Shown piece after piece: positions 1 through 10,383 of a DNA stretch of 34,929 nucleotides. Made by a program: the position numbers and the translations under genes. Position 1 is the stretch's first letter, and each line of letters starts with the position of its first letter. Below the pieces are notes generated by a model that saw nothing but the letters and a program-made list of their open reading frames with translations, was not told the origin of the DNA and searched no databases. The stretch is taken from assembly GCA_047605045.1 (NCBI GenBank), contig JASGGM010000001.1:1-34929 (forward strand). Reading direction: 5' to 3'. This DNA comes from Acinetobacter sp. GTDB taxonomy: Bacteria > Pseudomonadota > Gammaproteobacteria > Pseudomonadales > Moraxellaceae.

Positions 1-1
1 T

Positions 2-1096
2 GAGGACGAAGCCGATATTACCAGAAGCAATACCGCCGCTTATCTAGATCTTGGTCTAGATATAACACAGCAATGGTTTGTTGGCTTAGCGGGCCGTTTT
101 GAACACTACGATGACAGTTCAGGCAACACATGGAATGGAAAAATCACCACGCGTTATGAGTTTTTACCCAATTTAGCTGTACGAGGTACCATCAGCACAG
201 GGTTTGTTGCACCATCATTATTACAACAGGGTTATGGAACAACAACCGTTGGGTATGGACCAGATGTAAATGGTATTTACGCCAATCGTAAAGGCAAGTT
301 GGTACGTCCCGACTCTACACTTGCTCAAGCGCTTGGCGCCAAAGCACTTGTCCCAACAAAATCAGTTAACTATAGTCTCGGTTTAACGTATAGCCCAATT
401 AAAAACTTTAATATCGCGATAGATGCTTATCGAATTGACCTGAAAGATCGTATCGCTCAAACATCCGCATTATCAGGTACTGGAATTAATAGCATTTTAG
501 CTGCTAATGGTTTTAATGACATACAAACTGTTCAATACTTTGCGAACCTATTTGACACCACTACCAATGGCATTGATATTGTGGCTGATTACACCCAACA
601 ACTACAGCAATATGGACGAATACGCTGGAGCTTAGGCTTTAACTATAATAAAACTAAAATTACAGATATCGCAGAAAACCCAAGTGAATTATCGGGAATT
701 AATATTGACCGTGTAGGTCGCGCTGTAATTGGATCAGTTACTGTTGCCAATCCGAGAACAAAATTTACCCTTGGCTCTAACTGGCAATATCATAAATTTG
801 ATATTAATACTCGATTATCTCGCTATGATCGGGTGATTTTAAGAGGAGCAACTGCAGCGACCGATGCATATTATGGTGCAAAATGGATTGTCGATTTAGA
901 TGCAACATATCATGTCACGGATAATTTATCATTTACATTAGGCGCAGATAATTTATTTAATACATTTCCAGATAAAACATCGCAAGCGGTTATTACTGCA
1001 AGTGGAGATACTTCCGGTGGCTCTAAATATCCAAATATTTCACCTTTTGGGAGTTATGGTGGATATTATTATGGTCGCATCAGTTATAAATTTTAA
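2..1096 (+). CDS. TonB-dependent outer-membrane receptor, C-terminal beta-barrel part (5' end lies outside the window)
   Basis: Frame 2 is open from base 2 (EDEADITRSNTAAYLDLGLDITQQWFVGLAGRFEHYDD...AVRGTISTGFVAPSL) and continues into the 299..1096 ORF. It has amphipathic strands, a GADNLFN motif and the barrel C-terminal signature YYYGRISYKF. Confidence 0.9.
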   Translation, partial: EDEADITRSNTAAYLDLGLDITQQWFVGLAGRFEHYDDSSGNTWNGKITTRYEFLPNLAVRGTISTGFVAPSLLQQGYGTTTVGYGPDVNGIYANRKGKLVRPDSTLAQALGAKALVPTKSVNYSLGLTYSPIKNFNIAIDAYRIDLKDRIAQTSALSGTGINSILAANGFNDIQTVQYFANLFDTTTNGIDIVADYTQQLQQYGRIRWSLGFNYNKTKITDIAENPSELSGINIDRVGRAVIGSVTVANPRTKFTLGSNWQYHKFDINTRLSRYDRVILRGATAATDAYYGAKWIVDLDATYHVTDNLSFTLGADNLFNTFPDKTSQAVITASGDTSGGSKYPNISPFGSYGGYYYGRISYKF

Positions 1097-1107
1097 AATA
1101 ACATAAT

Positions 1108-1138
1108 AAAAATCACGCTAAATTTGCGTGATTTTTTT
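1108..1138 (+). terminator. Intrinsic terminator of the TonB receptor gene, overlapping the last codons of the convergent hydrolase
   Basis: AAAAATCACGC-TAAATTT-GCGTGATTTTTTT is a perfect 11-bp stem with a T-run. Confidence 0.75.
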
Positions 1139-1927
1139 AATTAAATCTGCCACATGTTCAGGGTATTCCAATGGAAACATATGTCCACCTTTCGTTAAAG
1201 TATATGGAATTCCCTGTTGTTTGTTTGCTAATTGAATAAATCCCTTTTTTAAGAAAGGACTATCCTGCCCCACAATACTTTGTGTGTTAACAGGAGGTTG
1301 TCCACGACGACTTCGCCACCAATAAGATGGATTCGTTCTGAAAATTTCCACTTCGTCCATTTTAGGAATAGTCAGTTTTACCCCACCTAAATCCTTATCC
1401 TCTGTTAAAGCATATTGAATATAATCCTGAAAACAGCGCTCATCAAAATCCCTAAAAAACGCCTTTTTTCTCAGTAACTCTGCCGCCTGATTGCGTGATT
1501 GCCAATGATCACGCCGTTTTTTCGAAATGCCCGCAGGAGTTAAACGATCTAACCACTCAGGTGAAAGCACTTTAACAATATCCAGAATAAACCCTGCTTT
1601 TCCCATCATCATTGGTGGATCAAGCATGATCACTTGCTTAAACAGTTCAGGTCGTTGACGACTGGCCAAAAAGGTCAGCAATGAACCTAGTGAGTGTCCT
1701 ACCCCAATCACTGGCCGTCCTTGTGCTTGCTGCTCAATACTATCGATCACCTGCCGAATAAGATGTGTCCAATTCTGCGTCACAGGATAACGTGGGTTTG
1801 GCCCAAGCTCTGAGATCTCAATCACTTCAAAGTCCTGCCGCAGTCTATCGAGCATGACTCGATAAACTTTGGAAGGAAGCCCATTGGCATGTGCAAAATG
1901 AAGTATAGGTTGATGATTATCTGACAT
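1118..1927 (-). CDS. Alpha/beta fold hydrolase
   Basis: HANG oxyanion segment, GHSLG nucleophile elbow and C-terminal GGHMFP catalytic His. Confidence 0.88.
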   Translation of the reverse strand: MSDNHQPILHFAHANGLPSKVYRVMLDRLRQDFEVIEISELGPNPRYPVTQNWTHLIRQVIDSIEQQAQGRPVIGVGHSLGSLLTFLASRQRPELFKQVIMLDPPMMMGKAGFILDIVKVLSPEWLDRLTPAGISKKRRDHWQSRNQAAELLRKKAFFRDFDERCFQDYIQYALTEDKDLGGVKLTIPKMDEVEIFRTNPSYWWRSRRGQPPVNTQSIVGQDSPFLKKGFIQLANKQQGIPYTLTKGGHMFPLEYPEHVADLIKKITQI

Positions 1928-1962
1928 GCCTTGTTATTGTTCCTACAATGTATCAATTGAAT

Positions 1963-3006
1963 TTATTGCAACTTCATCTGTTGTTCAGTATGTAATTGCT
2001 GACTTACCGTCTCACTAAATCCTTTTCCAAAGGATGCTCCCATTTTACCCAAAATAGACTCGAATGGACTATGTTGAACTGTATAATTCACTGTTTTATC
2101 GATTTTAAGCTCTCGCTTCAAGCTTTCAATGTTACCTGTACGGTCAGCAATTCCAAGTTTAATCGCTTGCGCCCCACTCCAAAATAGGCCTGAAAAAATT
2201 GCTGGATCATTACTTTTTAAACGAGAACCTCGACCTTGCTTAACCGCATCAATAAAATGTTGATGTACATCATCCAAAACAGATTGTACATGCTGTTTTT
2301 GCTGTGGATTAACAGGCTTGGTCATGCTTAAAATATCTTTGTTGTCGCCAGAAGTTAATGTACGATCTTCAACACCTAGTTTTTGTGCTAAACCCGTTAC
2401 ACCATAATTCGGCATAATGACACCAATCGATCCAACTAAACTCGATGGATTCACCAAAATTTCATTGGCAGCCGATGCAATATAATATGCACCTGAAGCC
2501 CCCATATCCCCAATCACAGAGTAGACTTTCTTATTTGGATATTTCTGTTCTTGATAACGAATTTCTTGCCATATTTCATCGGATTGAACAGGCGACCCAC
2601 CTGGTGAATTAATATTCAACACAATGGCTTGGCTTGTTTTCGCATTAAATGCTTGGCGAAGTGCTTTAATCGTATCTGCACTATTCACTGAATTCGAACT
2701 ACTTCCCCCAGCTTCAATCGTTCCTTCTATATCTACAATCGCAATGTGTTTGGCACTGGTTGATGGCGCATCCGATGTTTCTGTATCGACACTACAACTA
2801 CGGATCATTAGAAATAGAATAATAAATAAATAAATAAAAGTTAGGCTTTTGAAGAAGATTCCCCAACGGCGCGCTTTACGTTGTTCAGTGACTGAACTGA
2901 GCACAACCTTTTCAAGCAATTGCCATTCTTGACCTGTTTGAGAAGTACTTTGTGGTGATTTTGGTTGTTGATTTTCATTCGATGGTTTAGGTGGCCATTC
3001 TGACAT
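1963..3006 (-). CDS. sppA: Signal peptide peptidase SppA (S49 family, short form)
   Basis: N-terminal TM helix; INSPGGS, GASGAYYIA and VGSIGV motifs. Confidence 0.92.
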   Translation of the reverse strand: MSEWPPKPSNENQQPKSPQSTSQTGQEWQLLEKVVLSSVTEQRKARRWGIFFKSLTFIYLFIILFLMIRSCSVDTETSDAPSTSAKHIAIVDIEGTIEAGGSSSNSVNSADTIKALRQAFNAKTSQAIVLNINSPGGSPVQSDEIWQEIRYQEQKYPNKKVYSVIGDMGASGAYYIASAANEILVNPSSLVGSIGVIMPNYGVTGLAQKLGVEDRTLTSGDNKDILSMTKPVNPQQKQHVQSVLDDVHQHFIDAVKQGRGSRLKSNDPAIFSGLFWSGAQAIKLGIADRTGNIESLKRELKIDKTVNYTVQHSPFESILGKMGASFGKGFSETVSQQLHTEQQMKLQ

Positions 3007-3136
3007 TGATGTAAATCCTCAATATTTTAAAATGTCCCATTATATACACTGATTGATGTCTCCCTGTCTAAAATAACAGTTTTCACATATAATATTTTAA
3101 TCTGTGATAATGAATGATGTTTACTCATATTTTCTA

Positions 3137-4111
3137 ATGTCAAGTTCTAACTTTTTTACCTATCAGGCTCTAAAACTAATTAGCAAGCAACCGCTTCATT
3201 TTGCGCGTTTTTTTGCGCGTTTGCTTGCAACAATTACCAATAACTTACATATTGCCAAAACAGCAAAAGCAGCAGATTTAAATATACAAATTGCTCTTCC
3301 TGAACTGGATGAGAAACAAAGGCAATGTATTGTCAAAGAAGCGATTCAAAATGAAATGACCTCTTATTTTGAGTTTTTTAATGTTTGGGGAGCAAGTAAT
3401 AGTCGAAATATTGCTCGAATTCACAATATCGAAGGTGAGTCATATTTTCACGATGCAATATCCCAAAACAAAGGTTTAGTTTTAATTGTGCCGCATTTTG
3501 GTACATGGGAAGTCATGAATGCATGGTTTGCACAGCATACACACATGACTATTATGTATAAACCGATTAAACATCCAGTTGCAGATAAATTTGTGCGCCA
3601 AGCACGTAGCCGTGAAAATGCAAATTTAGTTCCAACAGATGAATCGGGTGTTCGTCAAGTTTTTAAAGATTTAAAACGTGGTGGAACAACCGTTATTTTA
3701 CCTGACCATACCCCACATATTGGTGGAACACCAATCGATTATTTTGGCATTCCATTAGCCTCAAGTAATTTATCTGCAAAATTGATTCAAAAAACCAAAG
3801 CACGCGCTTTATTTTTGTATGCAATTCGTAATGAAAATGCAGGTTATAATATGTTTATTGAACCAATAGATGAAAAAATCTATGAAGGTACTGACTGTGA
3901 TGGAACACGCATTATTCACAGTATGATCGAAAAACTAATTCTCAAATATCCCCAACATTATCACTGGAGTTATAAACGTTTTAAAGCAAACCCTCAGCTT
4001 GATAATATTTATAATTTACCTAAACAGGAAGCATTAAATAAAGTTACCCAAGTATATCAAGCACGTCAACGAGAGTTGCAAGCAGAGTCATCGACGCAAC
4101 CATTGCTGTAA
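3137..4111 (+). CDS. lpxL: Lipid A late acyltransferase (LpxL/HtrB family); alternative upstream starts at 3104/3110
   Basis: PHFGTWE (HxxxxD/E) motif, ILPDH, YFG and PQHYHWSYKRFK. Its 3' end overlaps the comEC 3' end by 24 bp. Confidence 0.85.
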   Translation: MSSSNFFTYQALKLISKQPLHFARFFARLLATITNNLHIAKTAKAADLNIQIALPELDEKQRQCIVKEAIQNEMTSYFEFFNVWGASNSRNIARIHNIEGESYFHDAISQNKGLVLIVPHFGTWEVMNAWFAQHTHMTIMYKPIKHPVADKFVRQARSRENANLVPTDESGVRQVFKDLKRGGTTVILPDHTPHIGGTPIDYFGIPLASSNLSAKLIQKTKARALFLYAIRNENAGYNMFIEPIDEKIYEGTDCDGTRIIHSMIEKLILKYPQHYHWSYKRFKANPQLDNIYNLPKQEALNKVTQVYQARQRELQAESSTQPLL

Positions 4112-6529
4112 GTGCCGTGTATCTTGTTCAACCCACTGTCCTTCATCGTTTAAATGAAATGACATTGTGCCTCGTGTAATAGTGTCGTGCATGGGGATTT
4201 CCAACCTTTTTAAGCGTTGTTGAACCTCTTGACTCGGATGTCCATATCGATTTGCAAAACCTGCGGAAACCAGTGCCAATGCGGGTTGATAGTGCATTAA
4301 AAATTCATTGGATGAACTAAATCGGCTGCCATGATGCCCAAGTACCAGAAGGTCGACGGGTAAATGTGGATAAACTTGCATTAAGCGCTGTTCTGCCATT
4401 TGCCCAGCATCTCCCATAATCAATATATGACGTGTGCCGACAGGATGTTGGTAGGTCAAATATACGACACAGGACATTTCATTTTTCTGTCCCTTGATAT
4501 CACCTAAATCTGATTCTGTAGGTGATAAAATTTCAAAACTGAGTTTTCCGACGCGCCACTTCTGACCTGCATGACAATATTCAAACTGTGTACCCGTTGG
4601 CATAAATGCTGGTTTTTCATTGCTCATTACTTTCTTAGGTTGAATTTCTTCTGCAAGCTGCGCAAATGCACCACTATGATCTTGATCGAGATGGGTTAAA
4701 ATCACATGTGATAAATGCTTCACACCATGCTGGGCAAAAAATGGGAAAAGTACTTTCTCAGCGATGCCATGACCTTGTTGTTCATTATATGAACCACCTG
4801 TATCAATAAGAAAATGTTGCTGATTTTCTCGTATATATACAGCCTGCCCTTGCCCTACATCTAAGATTTTTAATTCAAAATCAGTATTATACTTTGCATC
4901 AATAAACAGTGGAACGGCGCACAATACTGCCCAAGTTCTCGGTATAACTCCTTTTGGCAAAAACAAAATCACAATGAATATGCTTAAGCTTGCAATCTGC
5001 CATGGTGTAAAACCGAACCATTGTAAAGCATGTGGTGAAAAACTGGAAAGACCATCCAATACATAGATTAATACCTGTAAGCCCAAATCTGCACACTGAT
5101 ATAACACTGTAGCCAGTGGTGGAAGCAAATAATGTATCAACGTTGCAAAAATATTCAGTGGTACAATGACACTTCCAATTACAGGTACAGCCAACACATT
5201 TGCAATCGGCGATAACCATGAAATTTTTTGAAAAAAGAATAGTGCGATTGGTATTAAAGCAACAAATATCTTCCACTGTGATTCCCACAAAATGGCGCAT
5301 ATATTTTTCACACGATCAATAATATGACGTTCAGGTATTTCAGGTGTCCGAGCAATGGTTTGATAAATTCTTAACAGAATAAAACATGCACCATAAGATA
5401 ACCAAAACCCAGCAGACCAAATACTGAGTGGGTCAAACAACAATAATAACGAAGCACTAATAAATAAGACATTTAAAGATGATACATGCCATTTCATCCA
5501 CAAACACACGACCAAAGTCACTGCTGTAAATAACGTACGACAAGCAGGAATTTCAAAGCCAACAAAACCACAGTACAGCAGAACGCAAGCAAGAAACGGA
5601 AAACTGAGTAGATAGGGCTTAGGATAACGTAAATAAAAATGCGGGCAAAACTTGCAGATTATGCCGTGCAACATTGCACTCATCAGCACAGCAAAAATTA
5701 AAACATGGGGTCCTGATATCGCCAGTAAATGGCTGATTCCCAATTGCTGAAATTGCTGCTGAACACTTTCCGATAAAAGGCTTTGATCTCCTGTCAACAG
5801 CGCTAACATTAAACCTTTTTCTATAAAGGACTGTGTTTGTAGAAGCTCACGACTTTTTAGACGTTGTTGCTCAATCCAAGTTTTAGCCTGTGTCTGGATC
5901 GTCGATTGTTGTTGAATAAAATGTACGCTACTTAACGCCAAGGCTTCATCAGGGGATATTTCCTGACTATACTTGACTCGAAAATTAGCCATCCAGTTCT
6001 GTTGTAAATACCACTTTTCCAGATCAAAAGCACCATCAACCGCATAACCATGTGCAGGTCGTACTTGACCTTGTACGCGATAATAATGCCCTATCTTAAA
6101 TTTCGTTTGTGTATCGGTATCAGGATAAATATTTGCAACCCACAAAACAGATTGCTGATGTTGTGCATCCCAAACCTGCATCACCTGTTGACTACCATTG
6201 GTATTCAACTGATTGATACGATCGATATATACCACGACCTCATCACTATGAATCGACAATTGTCGTAAATCTAAGCGTTGTTTTAAATGTTGTTGTGCAT
6301 AATCGGCAGCAAAACAGAATACCATGCACAAGATTAAAATTTTTTCCGTATACCACCATGTATTCTGTTGTGTGATTTTAGGAATCCGAAGCTTGTTTCG
6401 AATCGCCACAAACCATATCACACAACTAAAAAATAGTATCCATTTCAACATTGGTGGAAAGATAAAATGCTCCCAATATCCAATGCTTGCGATCCCCAAA
6501 ATCCACGCAATACCGCTTAATATCCACAT
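4088..6529 (-). CDS. comEC: DNA internalization competence protein ComEC/Rec2 (ComA in Acinetobacter)
   Basis: Competence domain GISHLLAISGPH and GFWLSY; metallo-beta-lactamase domain LDVGQG, IDTG, THLDQDH, GHHGS and NRYGHP. Confidence 0.95.
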   Translation of the reverse strand: MWILSGIAWILGIASIGYWEHFIFPPMLKWILFFSCVIWFVAIRNKLRIPKITQQNTWWYTEKILILCMVFCFAADYAQQHLKQRLDLRQLSIHSDEVVVYIDRINQLNTNGSQQVMQVWDAQHQQSVLWVANIYPDTDTQTKFKIGHYYRVQGQVRPAHGYAVDGAFDLEKWYLQQNWMANFRVKYSQEISPDEALALSSVHFIQQQSTIQTQAKTWIEQQRLKSRELLQTQSFIEKGLMLALLTGDQSLLSESVQQQFQQLGISHLLAISGPHVLIFAVLMSAMLHGIICKFCPHFYLRYPKPYLLSFPFLACVLLYCGFVGFEIPACRTLFTAVTLVVCLWMKWHVSSLNVLFISASLLLLFDPLSIWSAGFWLSYGACFILLRIYQTIARTPEIPERHIIDRVKNICAILWESQWKIFVALIPIALFFFQKISWLSPIANVLAVPVIGSVIVPLNIFATLIHYLLPPLATVLYQCADLGLQVLIYVLDGLSSFSPHALQWFGFTPWQIASLSIFIVILFLPKGVIPRTWAVLCAVPLFIDAKYNTDFELKILDVGQGQAVYIRENQQHFLIDTGGSYNEQQGHGIAEKVLFPFFAQHGVKHLSHVILTHLDQDHSGAFAQLAEEIQPKKVMSNEKPAFMPTGTQFEYCHAGQKWRVGKLSFEILSPTESDLGDIKGQKNEMSCVVYLTYQHPVGTRHILIMGDAGQMAEQRLMQVYPHLPVDLLVLGHHGSRFSSSNEFLMHYQPALALVSAGFANRYGHPSQEVQQRLKRLEIPMHDTITRGTMSFHLNDEGQWVEQDTRHLQQWLRR

Positions 6530-6561
6530 GTTTCCAACATCATTATTATAAAAAAAGATAT

Positions 6562-6588
6562 AAAAAAGGCCTGTTTACAACAGACCTT
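6562..6588 (-). terminator. Intrinsic terminator downstream of lolD
   Basis: Minus strand AAGGTCTGTT-GTA-AACAGGCCTT followed by TTTT (one G:U pair). Confidence 0.65.
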
Positions 6589-6634
6589 CATTAAAACTTA
6601 CATGAATGACTTTAACAAGCACGACGTGAATAAT

Positions 6635-7327
6635 TTATGGCTGCCAGATACCATCCTGCATATGTAGAATTTTATCGGCAGTTTGCGCCAATTGTTCATC
6701 ATGCGTGACAATCAACATGGCCATATTAAACTCTTGTTTTAAATCGTTGAGTAACTCAAAAATACTCACTGCAGTATGTCGATCTAAATTTCCTGTTGGT
6801 TCATCTGCCAACATGACTTTCGGATTGGTCACCAACGCTCTGGCCAAAGCAACACGTTGCCGCTCTCCGCCCGAAAGCTCACCTGGTTTATGCGTCAAAC
6901 GATGCGACAAACCAACCCGTTCTAATAAATATTCAGCTTTTTGCTTCACTTCGGCATATTGCGATGATTTGCGTAACATCAATGGCATTGCGACATTTTC
7001 TAATGCAGAAAATTCAGCCAATAAATGGTGAAACTGGTAGACGAATCCCAAATGTTCATTGCGTAAATCACCACGTTTAGTTTCATTTAAATGGTCAAAA
7101 CGTGCACCATTCAAATACACTTCACCTTGCGTCGGGCGATCCAAACCACCCAACACATGCAAAAGCGTACTTTTACCAGAACCACTGGAACCCACAATCG
7201 AAATAAATTCACCTGCTTTAATCTGCAAAGAAAGCCCCTTTAAAACATCAACATGACTTTTACCATCGGTAAAAGTTTTATTAATATTTTTCGCTTCCAG
7301 TACAATCGCATCTGCTGCATTATTCAT
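6635..7327 (-). CDS. lolD: Lipoprotein-releasing ABC transporter ATPase LolD
   Basis: Walker A GSSGSGKST, LolD motif GFVYQFHHLL, LSGGE and ADEPTGNLD. The ATG at 7327 overlaps the lolC/E stop and is preferred over 7363. Confidence 0.95.
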   Translation of the reverse strand: MNNAADAIVLEAKNINKTFTDGKSHVDVLKGLSLQIKAGEFISIVGSSGSGKSTLLHVLGGLDRPTQGEVYLNGARFDHLNETKRGDLRNEHLGFVYQFHHLLAEFSALENVAMPLMLRKSSQYAEVKQKAEYLLERVGLSHRLTHKPGELSGGERQRVALARALVTNPKVMLADEPTGNLDRHTAVSIFELLNDLKQEFNMAMLIVTHDEQLAQTADKILHMQDGIWQP

Positions 7328-8555
7328 AGCGCAATGCCTCCGCAGGTTGAATTTTTGCTGCACGCAATGCAGGGTAAATCGTCGCCAAGAAACTTAAAAT
7401 TAAAGAGACGGTCACAATCAGCACTACATCCTGCCAGCGTAAATAAGAGGGTAAATAGTTAATAAAGTAAGCATCAAACAAATGCCACCCCAAACGTGTA
7501 TTTAACCAGTCGATCACATTACTAATGCTGGAAGCCAAGACAATCCCTAATACTGCACCTGCCAAAGTCCCAACCACACCAATAATCGTGCCTTGTACCA
7601 TAAAGATTCGGGTAATGGTTGCAGGCGATGCACCGAGTGTTCGAAGAATAGCGATATCGGCTTTTTTATCCGTGACCACCATCACCAAAGAAGAGACAAT
7701 ATTGAATGCCGCCACAAGCACAATAAGGAACAGTAGCAAACTCACCATGGCCTTTTCCATTTGAATGGCACTGAATAAATTACCGTGCGTATACGTCCAA
7801 TCAGAACCATAAAAACCTGCTGGAAGCGATTTCACAATGTCTTGTGTGACCTGTGGTGCCAGAAATAAATTATCCAGCTTCATACGAATCCCTTGCGCAC
7901 CATCAGGTAAACGCAACAGTGTTGACGCATCATTTAAGGCAATATAACCAATCGTAGAATCTACTTCTGCACCAATACTAAAAATCCCCACAATTTTAAA
8001 ACGCTTAAATCGTGGTACAACGCCAGCTGGTGACGGTGTTGCTTCTGGAAGCACCAAAGTTACACTATCATTCAAACCAAGACCCAGCGCATCGGTCATT
8101 TGTTTACCAAGTACAATACCGAAACTGCCTTTCTTTAAAGCATCGATACTACCCGCCACCATGTGGTTTTGAATAATTGAGACATTTTTTTCATATTGAG
8201 GATCAATCCCGTTGACCATTAAACCCGACACCTGACCTTGTGCTGTCAGCATGCCTTGTAATTGAGTAAATGGTGCAACGCCTTGAACATGTTCATGGCT
8301 TTTGACTTTATTGGCTAAATCCGGCCAATTGGTAATGATCTCTGTTGAAGAAACACTGGCTTGTGGAATCATCCCCAACACACGGTTTTTCAACTCACGG
8401 TCAAAACCATTCATCACTGACAAAACCGTAATTAGAACTGCTACACCAAGTGTCAAACCAATCATCGAAACAAGGGCAATAAAAGAAATAAAATGATTAC
8501 TCCGCCGAGCACGGGTATATCTCAAACCGATATACAGCGAGATGGGTTTAAACAT
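7320..8555 (-). CDS. lolC: Lipoprotein-releasing ABC transporter permease (single LolC/E-type, LolF-like)
   Basis: GLRYTRARR..FISFI, VLSVMNGF, IAILRTLGA and YPALRAAKIQPAEALRYE; adjacent to lolD. Confidence 0.93.
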   Translation of the reverse strand: MFKPISLYIGLRYTRARRSNHFISFIALVSMIGLTLGVAVLITVLSVMNGFDRELKNRVLGMIPQASVSSTEIITNWPDLANKVKSHEHVQGVAPFTQLQGMLTAQGQVSGLMVNGIDPQYEKNVSIIQNHMVAGSIDALKKGSFGIVLGKQMTDALGLGLNDSVTLVLPEATPSPAGVVPRFKRFKIVGIFSIGAEVDSTIGYIALNDASTLLRLPDGAQGIRMKLDNLFLAPQVTQDIVKSLPAGFYGSDWTYTHGNLFSAIQMEKAMVSLLLFLIVLVAAFNIVSSLVMVVTDKKADIAILRTLGASPATITRIFMVQGTIIGVVGTLAGAVLGIVLASSISNVIDWLNTRLGWHLFDAYFINYLPSYLRWQDVVLIVTVSLILSFLATIYPALRAAKIQPAEALRYE

Positions 8556-8778
8556 AATGACTTGAATCCAAGATATTTTCGGAACTTATAGCACATGAAC
8601 AATCATGAGGTATAAGCATAATTATAAACTGTAAAAATCTTAGCCTGATTACGCTAAAAGTAAACCGCATATTCTTCACAATTCACGATTCTATTGTACT
8701 AAGCATGTTAAGCAATCCATTAAAACAGTTTCAAATGATACTTTCATCTGCATAAAGTTCAACATATGACACCATGCA

Positions 8779-9699
8779 CTAAAAAGATTGCTTATTAAAG
8801 CGTTTGCGCCACTGCTGATGCAAAGTTAAATCACGATAAAAATAAAGCAATAACCCCATCATTAAAATACTTGCACCGACAAAAACCTGTAATGTCAGCA
8901 TTTCATGATTTAGTAATGCACCCACGATTAATGCCAATAACGGTGTCATCACATTGGTCAGCGATAAAGTCGTAGGTTGAATATTCTGTACCAATTTAAA
9001 ATAACAAAACATTGCCAATAATGATGCCATCACCACCGTATAAATAATCGACAATATTGATTTAATCGAGGGAAAGTGATGAGGAAAAGACGACCAAATA
9101 AAAGGAATAATGAGCAAGGCAAATAGAGTCGATACCAAAATTGACCCCGTAGCTTGGGCCATTGGTTTTAACGGTGCATTAATTTTCTTTACCCAAAAAA
9201 TAGATAAAGCATAATTAAACACACTGACCAACATAATCAAAATACCAAGCGGATGAATGTGCTGTTGATTGCGACTCAAACAAATCATTGCCAAGCCTGC
9301 TAAAGCGACAAACATGCCACACCACTGGATCAGCTGTAAGCGTTGATTAAACAGCCCCCAACCAATTAAACCTGCAATAATGGGCGACAAGCCAAACATT
9401 AACGCAATCATGCCTGAATTTAAATATTGTGTTGCAAGATAAGTAAAAAATTGCGAGCCAATTAAACTAAATGCACCTGCCACATAACTATGCATTGCTT
9501 GTGCTGTAAAAGGAAATTCAATTTTCAATACTTTTAAAATCAAAAATGCCGAGGGCAATGCCAGCAAAAAACGAAAGATTAATGCCCAAAAAATGTTTAA
9601 ATCCGATACGCTCCACACAATCGCCAACGGCGTTGTCGCCCAAATCATGACCAACAAAATATAGGTAAAAACAAGATGATGCCGAGATAAACCAGCCAT
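8779..9699 (-). CDS. DMT/EamA family transporter
   Basis: About 10 hydrophobic helices in two repeats; IWATT motif near the N-terminus. Confidence 0.85.
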   Translation of the reverse strand: MAGLSRHHLVFTYILLVMIWATTPLAIVWSVSDLNIFWALIFRFLLALPSAFLILKVLKIEFPFTAQAMHSYVAGAFSLIGSQFFTYLATQYLNSGMIALMFGLSPIIAGLIGWGLFNQRLQLIQWCGMFVALAGLAMICLSRNQQHIHPLGILIMLVSVFNYALSIFWVKKINAPLKPMAQATGSILVSTLFALLIIPFIWSSFPHHFPSIKSILSIIYTVVMASLLAMFCYFKLVQNIQPTTLSLTNVMTPLLALIVGALLNHEMLTLQVFVGASILMMGLLLYFYRDLTLHQQWRKRFNKQSF

Positions 9700-9701
9700 A
9701 A

Positions 9702-10172
9702 CTAAACTCGTGTTTTACGTAATTGACGTTGAATGGTTTGATCTAAAGCACTGGAAAATTCTCGTTTATCACGCTCATTAATCGGCTTAGGTCCACCTGT
9801 TTGTACACCTGCACCACGTAACGTGTCCATATAATCCCGCAAATGCAGACGGGCTTTAATATTGGATTCAGTAAAAATTTCACCTCGGGGATGAATCGCT
9901 ATCCCGCCCTTTTCAATCACTTGTGACGCTAGCGGAATATCTTGTGTAATGACAATATCATTCATCTGCATCTGCCTCACAATTTCTTGATCTGCCTGAT
10001 CGGCCCCACTCATGACTTGTAAAGATTTGATTCTGACCGATGGTGTAATACCAACAGCTTGATTAGCAACAAAAATAACCTCAAGCAAATAACGGTCCGA
10101 AGCACGAAAAATAATTTCACGTAAAATGCGGGGAATTGCATCGGCATCGACCCAAAGTTTAAAACTGGTCAC
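9702..10172 (-). CDS. yaiI: YaiI/YqxD family protein (UPF0178)
   Basis: [20 protein letters not shown] and QTGGP motifs; GTG start. Confidence 0.9.
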   Translation of the reverse strand: MTSFKLWVDADAIPRILREIIFRASDRYLLEVIFVANQAVGITPSVRIKSLQVMSGADQADQEIVRQMQMNDIVITQDIPLASQVIEKGGIAIHPRGEIFTESNIKARLHLRDYMDTLRGAGVQTGGPKPINERDKREFSSALDQTIQRQLRKTRV

Positions 10173-10383
10173 AATATGAAAATCAACAAAGTAAGATGCT
10201 GTCTAGTGTATCAAATCTACTCACAAATTTGAGAGTTTGTTTAAAAAACCATCCATCTCAAAATAAACACACCAAACAGACCATAAAAAACGTGGTGATC
10301 ATGTAAAAAAATTCATTCACGACTTGAAAAATGCTTGTTTATCCTCGATAAATAGATCAAACAGATGAACCGTATTAATAGCC

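Noticed and set aside
4899-5300. 133-aa alternative-frame ORF inside comEC
   Set aside because: It is fully nested in a well-supported gene and has no recognisable motifs or RBS.
7320-8555. Only one LolC/E permease instead of two
   Set aside because: A homodimeric LolF-type system is an established variant, so this is not novel.
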